Assembly: GCA_029866005.1 (NCBI GenBank)
Contig: JARXAE010000027.1
Location: 906-64,905 of the forward strand
Source of the DNA: Fimbriimonas sp.
GTDB taxonomy: Bacteria > Armatimonadota > Fimbriimonadia > Fimbriimonadales > Fimbriimonadaceae
DNA: 64,000 bases
Reading direction: 5' to 3'
A program made the translations under genes and the position numbers. Positions 56,506 through 64,000 of the stretch are shown here, piece by piece. The first letter of the stretch is position 1. Every line of letters begins with the position of its first letter. The notes beneath the pieces were generated by a model, which saw only the letters and a list, made by a program, of their open reading frames with translations, was not told the origin of the DNA and made no database searches.

Positions 56506-57231
56506 ATGCGTTTTCAGGATCAGGTCGTGATTGTTACCGGAGCTAGCCGTGGAATCGGGCGAATGATTGCCGAGGCCTTTGCTGCCGAGGGGGCCAAAGT
56601 GGCTTGTATCGCGACCACGCTTGAAGGAGCAAACAAGACGGCAGAGGCAATTGGTGGCAAAGGTTACGCGTGCGATGTGTCGTCTACAGCTTCGGTAGAA
56701 GAGGTCTTTGCGGCGATAGCAGCTGACTTAGGCACGCCTTCGGTACTGGTCAACAACGCAGGCATCACTCGGGATACCTTGATGCTTCGGATGAAGGACG
56801 ACGACTGGGATCGCGTACTCGAAGTGAATCTCAAGGGCGCCTTTATAACTTCGCGGACAGTTGCTAAGCCGATGATGAAGGCGCGGTACGGGCGGATCGT
56901 CAATATCACCAGCGTGATTGGATTGCATGGCGGTGCAGGGCAGGCGAACTATGCTGCGGCAAAGGCAGGGCTGATTGGGCTTACGATGACGATTGCTAAG
57001 GAGTTTGGTTCACGAGGAATCACCTGCAACGCAGTCGCGCCGGGTTTCATCGAGAGCGACATGACCGAGGCACTGCCACAGGAGTTTAAGGACGACGTGA
57101 TGAAGCGAGCTCCGGCGGGTCGTCTTGGGACTCCTGCAGACATCGCTCCCGCGGTGTTGTTCTTGGCTTCGTCGGATGCCGCTTATGTGACGGGCCAGAC
57201 CTTGACGGTGGACGGCGGGCTGTTTCTTTAA
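56506..57231 (+). CDS. fabG: 3-oxoacyl-ACP reductase
   Basis: TGASRGIG, LVNNAGITRD.L..RMK, GQANYAAAKAG, NAVAPGFI. Start placed at ATG 56506. Confidence 0.93.
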   Translation: MRFQDQVVIVTGASRGIGRMIAEAFAAEGAKVACIATTLEGANKTAEAIGGKGYACDVSSTASVEEVFAAIAADLGTPSVLVNNAGITRDTLMLRMKDDDWDRVLEVNLKGAFITSRTVAKPMMKARYGRIVNITSVIGLHGGAGQANYAAAKAGLIGLTMTIAKEFGSRGITCNAVAPGFIESDMTEALPQEFKDDVMKRAPAGRLGTPADIAPAVLFLASSDAAYVTGQTLTVDGGLFL

Positions 57232-57360
57232 GTAGGATTGGAGTCGAAATCGGTCTTGATATGTCAGGAAAAGTCATGACATTGGATCGTGCCACTTAGG
57301 GTCGGTTTCCCTAGTTAGACCCTGTTACCAGAGGCAAAAAGGCACTAAATTAATAGTGTC

Positions 57361-58086
57361 ATGGACCCAAAAGGATTGATCTTAGCCCTCAGCATTATCG
57401 CCGGAGTACTGATGTACCAGGCGACGAGTTCGACCGCTCACAAGTACAACTTCGAGCCCGATGCTAACAAGAAGTTTTACGTTGCCAACCTTGCCGACGG
57501 CGTTGACGCGGTTTCCGTATCCACCGGTGGTGGAGTCACCTCGCAAGCGGTCAGTGTTGCAAGCCCTTCACTCCTGCTCGCTCAGCACAAAGTTGGCGTC
57601 AAAGCCAACCCCAAGACGGTGAGCTACAGCGTGACTGGTTCTAACGGCAACTTTGATGTGAAGACCGACGAGACCAAGCTTGGCTACCACAACCTTATCG
57701 TCACGACCCGCACTCCTTCGGGAGACAAGGTTGAGGCAAAGACTCTGGTTGGCAAGGTTCAGCCGATGCTTCAGGTTGTGGTGGATGCCCCAATTAACGG
57801 CGTGAGCAACTTTGACGTTTACGTTACCAAAGCGGGTTCGCTTGACGGAGCTAAGCCGGTCGCATCCTATACTGAGTTCGGCAAGGTTGTGGAGCTTCCT
57901 GAGGATACGATCAAGTCAGGGTTTAACTACACGATTACGCTTACGAAGGTCGGATCGACTGAAGTGTTGAGCCAGGTCAAGAGCGATACAGGGTTGAATA
58001 CGGGTTGGTATCGACTTCATGCTTTCACCCATAAAGCTGGGCAACTTGTCCAAACGAAGTTCGATGTTGATGCTTGGCGCAGCTAA
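57361..58086 (+). CDS. Secreted hypothetical protein with two beta-sandwich repeats (DUF4397-like)
   Basis: Signal/TM segment; repeats YVANLADGVDAVSV and QVVVDAPINGVSNFDVYV. Confidence 0.65.
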   Translation: MDPKGLILALSIIAGVLMYQATSSTAHKYNFEPDANKKFYVANLADGVDAVSVSTGGGVTSQAVSVASPSLLLAQHKVGVKANPKTVSYSVTGSNGNFDVKTDETKLGYHNLIVTTRTPSGDKVEAKTLVGKVQPMLQVVVDAPINGVSNFDVYVTKAGSLDGAKPVASYTEFGKVVELPEDTIKSGFNYTITLTKVGSTEVLSQVKSDTGLNTGWYRLHAFTHKAGQLVQTKFDVDAWRS

Positions 58087-58097
58087 GCAATCCTGAC

Positions 58098-58140
58098 AAG
58101 CAGAAAGGGCACACCAGTCGGTGTGCCCTTTCTTGCTTTT
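58098..58140. terminator. Bidirectional intrinsic terminator
   Basis: AGAAAGGGCACACC / GGTGTGCCCTTTCT 14-bp stem between convergent genes. Confidence 0.88.
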
Positions 58141-58158
58141 GCTCAACTTACCTGAAGT

Positions 58159-58425
58159 TTAGTTGCGGTGTCGGAACGTGATTCGACCCATGGTGAGATC
58201 GTAGGGGCTGAGCTCAACCTTAACTCGGTCACCAGGAAGGATTCGGATGTAGTGCATTCGCATCTTTCCGCTCACGTGAGCAAGAACTTCCATATCCCCT
58301 TCGTCCAGCTTCACGCGGAAACGCGCGTTTGGAAGGTTTTCCAGAATTGTGCCGTCTAGCTCAATGCCTTTTTCCTTGTCCGACTGATCGTTTGTTTTGG
58401 GTTTATAGTGCCTTCGTCGAGCCAT
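58159..58425 (-). CDS. infA: Translation initiation factor IF-1
   Basis: [48 protein letters not shown]. Confidence 0.97.
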   Translation of the reverse strand: MARRRHYKPKTNDQSDKEKGIELDGTILENLPNARFRVKLDEGDMEVLAHVSGKMRMHYIRILPGDRVKVELSPYDLTMGRITFRHRN

Positions 58426-58515
58426 GTGGTTTTAGTTTACCGCTAACGTCAGTTTTGCACCTTGCGCAAGTACAATGCAGTCGGGGTCCGGGTGGCTCTG
58501 TTTACTAGGATTACC

Positions 58516-59136
58516 ATGAACCGAAAGTCTCTTCTCCTTGCTCTTCCTTTTGTAATGCTGGTCGGCTTTGCCTCGCGGAGAGCAGCTTTGCAGCAGTACG
58601 ACATTCAAGACCCGAAAGGCGCGAATGGGTTTACATTTGCGATGGTGGATGGGCTAGAGCCAGTTCATGGTCAGGGGAACGATGTTTCTGGGTCAATCAT
58701 GTTGGATTTGGAGAACCCGGAGAAGTCGAAGGGGAAAGTTGTGATTGGCATCAAAGCTCTGAAGCTGACCAGTGAAGTCATGAGCAACAACATGATGGGT
58801 GAATGGTGTTTGGATGCTGAGAAGTTCCCGACGGCGACGTTCGAAGTGACCTCGGGCAAGGTGAAGAAGGCGAAGAACGGCGAGTTCGAAGGGACGGCGA
58901 CCGGCAATTTGACTCTTAAAGGCATCACCAAGTCCACCTCGGTGCCGGTTTCGGCTCGGCTGGTGAAGGGCGGGGTGAAGGAGCGGTTTGGCGATAAGGA
59001 CGGAGATCTATTGATGTTCAACACCCGCTTCTCGTTCAACCGCTTTGACTTCGAAATTGGCAAAGCCGTGAAGGAACAGTTGCTGAGCAATAAGGTTGAA
59101 GTCAGCCTGAGCTGCGCAGGCATGCTTTACCGCTAA
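58516..59136 (+). CDS. YceI-family periplasmic binding protein
   Basis: Signal peptide, LDAEKFPTATF, GNLTLKGITK, FNRFDFEIG. Start placed at ATG 58516. Confidence 0.88.
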   Translation: MNRKSLLLALPFVMLVGFASRRAALQQYDIQDPKGANGFTFAMVDGLEPVHGQGNDVSGSIMLDLENPEKSKGKVVIGIKALKLTSEVMSNNMMGEWCLDAEKFPTATFEVTSGKVKKAKNGEFEGTATGNLTLKGITKSTSVPVSARLVKGGVKERFGDKDGDLLMFNTRFSFNRFDFEIGKAVKEQLLSNKVEVSLSCAGMLYR

Positions 59137-59162
59137 CCTGGATTGTGGCCCCGAAAACGAAG

Positions 59163-59200
59163 AAGCCCCACCGTTAAACGGTGGGGCTTGTCTGTTTTTG
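59163..59200. terminator. Intrinsic terminator between convergent yceI-like and lpdA genes
   Basis: AAGCCCCACCGT / ACGGTGGGGCTT 12-bp stem. Confidence 0.85.
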
Positions 59201-59210
59201 TAAGCTTCTG

Positions 59211-60791
59211 TTATGCTTTGTGGATCGCGTGACCCATGGCGTCTTCGAAGGCTTCGATGACGGCTTCGGCCATGGTTGGGTGGGCGTGGATCACGGTCTC
59301 CATTGACTCGAGAGTGGCTTCGTGGACGAGGGCGACGACGGCTTCGTGGATGAGGTCGGTGACGTGTCCGCCGATCATGTGGACGCCGAGGATTTCGCCG
59401 TACTTCTTGTCAGCAACAACCTTAACGAAGCCTTCAGTTTCGTTTTGAGCCATCGCCTTGGCGAATATCATGAACTTAGAGCGACCCACGACGACATCGT
59501 AACCTTTGGCCTGGGCTTCGCTTTCGGTGAGACCACATGAAGCGACTTCAGGCGAGGTGTAGACCGCGTTCGGAACGAATCGGTAATCGAGCTTCTTCGG
59601 CGACTCAGGGTGGACTATGTTGTGGACGGCGGTAAGACCCTCCTGCTGCGCAACGTGTGCTAGCTGGATTCGTCCGGTGACATCGCCGATAGCCCAAATG
59701 TTTGGAACGTGGGTTTTCAGGGTGTCGTCGACGATTTCGATTCCACGACGGTGCAACTTGACTCCGATGCCTTCAAGGTTCATGCCTTCGGTGTTGGCCT
59801 TTCGTCCGACGCCAAGGAGAACAACGTCCGCTTCGATAACTTCCTCAGCTGTGCCTTGCTTAACGGTGACCTTCCAGCCGGTCTTGGTCTTCTCGGCTTT
59901 CTCGATGGTCGCGCCGGTCTTGACCTTAACACCTTGCTTGGTGAGGTTCTTTCCGAGTTCTTTTCCTAGTTCCTCGTCCATGACGTTGAGGAGGGTAGGC
60001 ATCATTTCGACGAGGGTGACCTCGGTTCCGAGACCGTTGAAGACGAAGCTGAATTCGCAACCGACGGCACCGCCGCCGAGGACGACCATCTTCTTAGGAA
60101 CGAACGGAGCGTAGACAGCCTCATCTGAGGTCCAGACTCCGGCGTCCTTGCCGCCTTCGAGTCCGGGGACTGGGATGTGAATGACGGACGAGCCCATGGC
60201 GAGGATGAAGTTCTTTCCTCGGTACTTGGTCTCCTTGCCGTCGTCACCTTTCACAGTGATTGTGTTGGCGTCGACAAATTTTGCAAACCCTTTGACGTGA
60301 TTGATATTCTTCTTTTTGAAAAGGAAGCCGATGCCGTTTCGCTCGGTGAGGACGATCTTGTCCTTGCGGGCCATCATGGCGGGGAAGTCCATCTCGGCGT
60401 TTTCGATCTTTTTGAGTCCGAATGCGTCCGCATGCTTTGTTTTGTGAAGCATCTCAACGCTGGCGATCATTGCTTTGGAGGGGACGCAACCCCAGTTTAG
60501 GCAGGTTCCACCAAGCCACTCTTTCTCAACACAGATGACTTTCAGTCCTTCCTGGGCGGCTCGAATGGCAGCGTAGTAGCCACCAGGGCCGGCTCCAATC
60601 ACGATCAAATCTGCGTCGAACTGTTCATTTGCCATTGCTTGAGTTTGCTCCTGGGTCTCGGGGGCACCAGTCGTTTTTAGGCTGGTAATTGCATCGATGA
60701 TGGAAGAAGCGGGGGTCGGCGTTTGGACAGCCGGACCGCTTGTCAGCTCAACCGCTGAAGGCTCCTTGGAGTCGTTGATTCGCTCACTCAT
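59211..60791 (-). CDS. lpdA: Dihydrolipoyl dehydrogenase (start uncertain: 60791 or 60635)
   Basis: IGAGPGGY, GGTCLNWGCVPSK, GGGAVGCEF, AIGDV, IHAHPTMAE. Confidence 0.95.
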   Translation of the reverse strand: MSERINDSKEPSAVELTSGPAVQTPTPASSIIDAITSLKTTGAPETQEQTQAMANEQFDADLIVIGAGPGGYYAAIRAAQEGLKVICVEKEWLGGTCLNWGCVPSKAMIASVEMLHKTKHADAFGLKKIENAEMDFPAMMARKDKIVLTERNGIGFLFKKKNINHVKGFAKFVDANTITVKGDDGKETKYRGKNFILAMGSSVIHIPVPGLEGGKDAGVWTSDEAVYAPFVPKKMVVLGGGAVGCEFSFVFNGLGTEVTLVEMMPTLLNVMDEELGKELGKNLTKQGVKVKTGATIEKAEKTKTGWKVTVKQGTAEEVIEADVVLLGVGRKANTEGMNLEGIGVKLHRRGIEIVDDTLKTHVPNIWAIGDVTGRIQLAHVAQQEGLTAVHNIVHPESPKKLDYRFVPNAVYTSPEVASCGLTESEAQAKGYDVVVGRSKFMIFAKAMAQNETEGFVKVVADKKYGEILGVHMIGGHVTDLIHEAVVALVHEATLESMETVIHAHPTMAEAVIEAFEDAMGHAIHKA

Positions 60792-60914
60792 CGAGCACCG
60801 CGAGGTGAACTTGATTTTACCCATTTGCGGGGAAAATCACCGATGTGTAAAGTTCCACTAGCGAAACGGGCGATTTACCGATAAAATGTCAGAGCCAGCA
60901 CCGGCAACGTTGCC

Positions 60915-63332
60915 ATGACCCGACACCTACATCGCCTCCTTTTTCTTGTGACGCTGCTTTTGGCCTCGGTAGCCAGCTATGCAAATGTCACGACGCTGAG
61001 GTTTAGCGTTTGGGATGGCGACAAAGCGCTTGAAACCATCCGTTCGCTTGTTGTTGAATTTGAACAGCAGAATCCAGACATCAAAGTGAAACTGGAAAAC
61101 TATCCGGATTACAACCTATATCACCAGAAAATGTTGGTGACGTATGCGGCAGGGGTTGCACCTGACGTGGTGATGATGGATCCGCAGCACTTTCAAGCTT
61201 TGGCGGTGCGGAAGGCACTTCTACCGCTGAATCCGTTCTTCGAGCAAACTCCTGGGTTTGACATCAAGGAGTATTACAAACAGATCGTTGATGCTCACTC
61301 CTACAAGGGAGTTTGCTACGCGTTGCCCAGAGACATCGCGCCAATGGGTCTCATCTATTACAACAAAGAAATGTTCAAGAGGGCAGGTCTGCCGTACCCG
61401 ACGGGTGATTGGACCTGGGATTTTAAGATTCGTCCCGAGCTCAAAGAGAAGGATTTTCTGTGGGTCTGCGATCAGTTTACGAAGAAGAACCAGGAAGGGA
61501 AGTACGTTCAGTGGGGTTACACGCCGGGTTGGCCGGGCCTGTTTGCCGACATGATTGTTTACGCAACGGGCCTGCTCCCTTACGACAACATGGAAGAGCC
61601 CACAAAGGTATTGGTTGGCACTCCAGAGTATTCAAAGGCACTGCAGTTTGCTGCAGACTTCATGAACAAATACCATTACGCACCTTCGGTGACGGAGCAG
61701 AGTTCGGCGTTTGCAGGAGCTACTGCGCAAGCACTCTTCGTTCAGGAGCGTGTTGCAATGTTCCAGAACGGGATTTGGGAAGTTCCCAATATCCGCAAGA
61801 TGCTGAAGCCCGGCTCAAAGGAGTTTTTTGAGTGGGACGTCGCCATGGCGCCAGCATATGCGGGCAAGGACGGCAAAAAAGTACTTCGATTCCCAACCGG
61901 TGGCTCAGGTTACGGAATCATGAGCACGACGAAGAACAAAGAGGCGGCCTGGAAGCTGACAAGATTTATGGGCGGGGAGCCCGGAATGATCGCCATGGCG
62001 AAGGCGGGGATTGCCCAGCCTGCCATTCGATCGCTTGCCATTAAGCCGGGACTGTGGGTTCCGGGGCCATCCACTCCCATTGAGGAACAGTACCCTGCAA
62101 ACCGGATCGTGACGGACCAGGCGGTCCCTTACGTTCAATTCCCGACGACTTCGCAGTACTACCAGGCGATTAATGACCGCGTTGTCAAAGGACAGGAACT
62201 CATTTGGAACGGGCAAAAGACGGCAGAGGCTGTGATGTCGGAGAATGCCGTGGACGCCCAGACGAGGCTCGATTTCCTCCGTAAAGAAGAGAACTTGCCG
62301 CCTTTTAACTGGCCGCTGGGAATCGCGATATGCTCGATGTTATTCGTTGGGATTGTCTTTTGGATTTACAAGCCGCACTTTGGGCATAAGCTCACCGAGC
62401 TCGAACGAGGGGAGACACGCTCGGCTTACTCATTCTTGTCACCTTGGATTATTGGGTTCTTAGTCTTTACGTTGGTGCCCATGATGCTTTCGCTCATGAT
62501 GGCGTTCGCGAACTGGGATATGATTTTGCCGGCGCAGGCTAGGGGATTGGGCAACTTCAACGAGATGATCAACATTGATCCCTCGTTCTGGAAATCGCTG
62601 AAAGTGACGACCATTTACGTCGTCTTCTCGGTTCCACTTGGCATCATCGGTTCCATGGGCCTTGCGTTGCTGTTGAATCAAAAGGTCAAAGGAGTCTCCC
62701 TCTTTAGGACTCTGTACTACATTCCTTCGATCACGTCTGCCGTTGCCGCGTCGCTCATCTGGCTTCGGGTATTCAACGCGGAGAACGGAATGCTCAATTT
62801 CTTCCTGTACGGGCCGAATGGGAACTGGCCGATCGGCCGGATGCTCAGTTCGTGGATCATGACCGATCCTTCGAAGCCGGTTGATTGGATGGCGACAGAA
62901 GGAACGGCGCTACCTGCACTGATCATCATGTCGCTTTGGGGTGTCGGTGGCGGAACGGTCGTGTTCCTCGCGGGACTTCAGGGCATTCCGACTTACTACT
63001 ATGAGGCCGCGACCTTGGACGGAGCAGGAATCATGAAACGGTTCAAGGCGGTTACGTTGCCATTGCTGACGCCGACGATCTTCTTTACGCTCATCACTGG
63101 AATGGTTGGCGCGTTCCAAGCATTCACGCAGGCGTTCGTGATGACCCTCGGAGGACCTAACGACGCGACAAGGTTCTTTGTTTATCACCTCTTCGGGAAT
63201 GCCTTCCAATCGCTCCGTATGGGTTACGCAAGTGCCCTCGGATGGGTTCTCTTTGTCATCATCATGCTGATTACTGCAGTGCAGTGGTGGGCGCAGAACA
63301 AGTGGGTTTATTACGAAGCGGAGACTAAGTAG
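60915..63332 (+). CDS. Fused sugar-binding protein + carbohydrate ABC permease
   Basis: N-terminal SBP (GVAPDVVMMD, YALPRD, YYNKEMF), then permease (FLSPWIIGF, SFWKSLKVT, YYEAATLDGAG..KRFKAVTLPLLTP) in one uninterrupted frame. Confidence 0.92.
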   Translation: MTRHLHRLLFLVTLLLASVASYANVTTLRFSVWDGDKALETIRSLVVEFEQQNPDIKVKLENYPDYNLYHQKMLVTYAAGVAPDVVMMDPQHFQALAVRKALLPLNPFFEQTPGFDIKEYYKQIVDAHSYKGVCYALPRDIAPMGLIYYNKEMFKRAGLPYPTGDWTWDFKIRPELKEKDFLWVCDQFTKKNQEGKYVQWGYTPGWPGLFADMIVYATGLLPYDNMEEPTKVLVGTPEYSKALQFAADFMNKYHYAPSVTEQSSAFAGATAQALFVQERVAMFQNGIWEVPNIRKMLKPGSKEFFEWDVAMAPAYAGKDGKKVLRFPTGGSGYGIMSTTKNKEAAWKLTRFMGGEPGMIAMAKAGIAQPAIRSLAIKPGLWVPGPSTPIEEQYPANRIVTDQAVPYVQFPTTSQYYQAINDRVVKGQELIWNGQKTAEAVMSENAVDAQTRLDFLRKEENLPPFNWPLGIAICSMLFVGIVFWIYKPHFGHKLTELERGETRSAYSFLSPWIIGFLVFTLVPMMLSLMMAFANWDMILPAQARGLGNFNEMINIDPSFWKSLKVTTIYVVFSVPLGIIGSMGLALLLNQKVKGVSLFRTLYYIPSITSAVAASLIWLRVFNAENGMLNFFLYGPNGNWPIGRMLSSWIMTDPSKPVDWMATEGTALPALIIMSLWGVGGGTVVFLAGLQGIPTYYYEAATLDGAGIMKRFKAVTLPLLTPTIFFTLITGMVGAFQAFTQAFVMTLGGPNDATRFFVYHLFGNAFQSLRMGYASALGWVLFVIIMLITAVQWWAQNKWVYYEAETK

Positions 63333-63335
63333 GCC

Positions 63336-64000
63336 ATGCAAGATCAATCAACAATTTGGCAACAGTCGGCGAACAAGGCTCAGCGGACAGCCTCGCTTCT
63401 GCGCGGTCTCCTCTGGATCGTCTTAGTCGCGGGAGTGGTTCTTTCTCTTCTGCCGTTCTACATCATGGTCGTGATGTCGCTGAAGTCGGCAGGAGAGCTT
63501 GCCGGGTCGTCGGTTTGGGCGTTGCCGAAAGAGTGGGCGTTTGATAACTATAAGTCGGTTCTGACGAACCAGAACGCGCCTTTCTTCATGTTCTTCCGGA
63601 ACTCAGTGATCATCGCAACTCTTTCGACGATTGGGGTGATGTTCAGCTCTTCCATCGTAGCTTATGGGTTTGCAAGGCTGAAGTTTCCGGGGCGAGATCG
63701 ACTGTTCATCCTGCTTCTGAGCACCATGATGCTGCCAGGAATCGTGACCATGATTCCGCAGTATGCGCTTTGGAAATACCTGGGCTGGATCGATACGTTC
63801 AAGCCGCTCATTGTTCCTGCTTTCTTTGGCGGGGGAGCCTATAACATCTTCCTATTGCGTCAGTTCTTGATGGGAATTCCGCGAGACATTGATGAAGCCG
63901 CGCTTCTCGATGGGGCATCACACTCCGTGATTTTCTGGAGGCTATTGCTGCCCAACATGGGACCTGCGATGGCGACGGTGGGCATCTTCAGCTTCATCTA
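63336..64000 (+). CDS. Carbohydrate ABC permease (MalG-like), 3'-truncated by the window edge; not in the ORF track
   Basis: ATG 63336 MQDQSTIWQQ...LLPFYIMVVMSLKS...AYGFARLKFPGR...PRDIDEAALLDGAS; frame is open to the window end. Confidence 0.93.
   Translation, partial: MQDQSTIWQQSANKAQRTASLLRGLLWIVLVAGVVLSLLPFYIMVVMSLKSAGELAGSSVWALPKEWAFDNYKSVLTNQNAPFFMFFRNSVIIATLSTIGVMFSSSIVAYGFARLKFPGRDRLFILLLSTMMLPGIVTMIPQYALWKYLGWIDTFKPLIVPAFFGGGAYNIFLLRQFLMGIPRDIDEAALLDGASHSVIFWRLLLPNMGPAMATVGIFSFI

Noticed and set aside
57296-57360. Short inverted repeats upstream of the 57361 gene (AGGGTC/GACCCT and CACTA/TAGTG)
   Set aside because: Stems of 5-6 bp are expected by chance and have no supporting context.

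Overview
Bacterial chromosomal window, densely coding and mostly housekeeping. It is inferred to come from an Armatimonadota (Fimbriimonadaceae-like) organism, based on the FTLIELLVVIAIIAILAAILFPVFAQAK prepilin-type gene, the SBP-permease fusion and the SLH-porin; this is not confirmed by a search. It holds about 60 CDSs (acnA, prpD-like, panBC, purSQ, purH, fabD, fabG, rnhC-like, rpsF-ssb, pcrA, tatC, Hrq1/MrfA-type helicase, tricorn-like S41 protease, SLH-porin, remA-mreBCD-gdh, infA, lpdA, sugar ABC genes), one tRNA-Thr(TGT) and many intrinsic terminators. I saw no IS, prophage, integrase or CRISPR array. The most interesting signals are not in the ORF track. (1) A 7-codon leader peptide MKLLRTR, ending in an R-x-R macrolide-arrest-type motif and followed by a C-rich rut-like spacer, sits upstream of a MefA/DHA3-like MFS exporter. 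(2) A TANNNT box lies 5-7 nt before many start codons, suggesting widespread leaderless transcription. (3) A DinB-family gene is split by one in-frame TAA behind a near-consensus promoter. (4) There is an unusual remA-mreBCD-gdh operon in which mreC seems to lack its expected GTG start (GTAA instead of GTGA). (5) A divergent DprA/SLOG protein is translationally coupled to a nucleoside phosphorylase. (6) A candidate S6:S18 leader precedes an rpsF-ssb operon that lacks rpsR. All family assignments come from motif recognition, not database searches.
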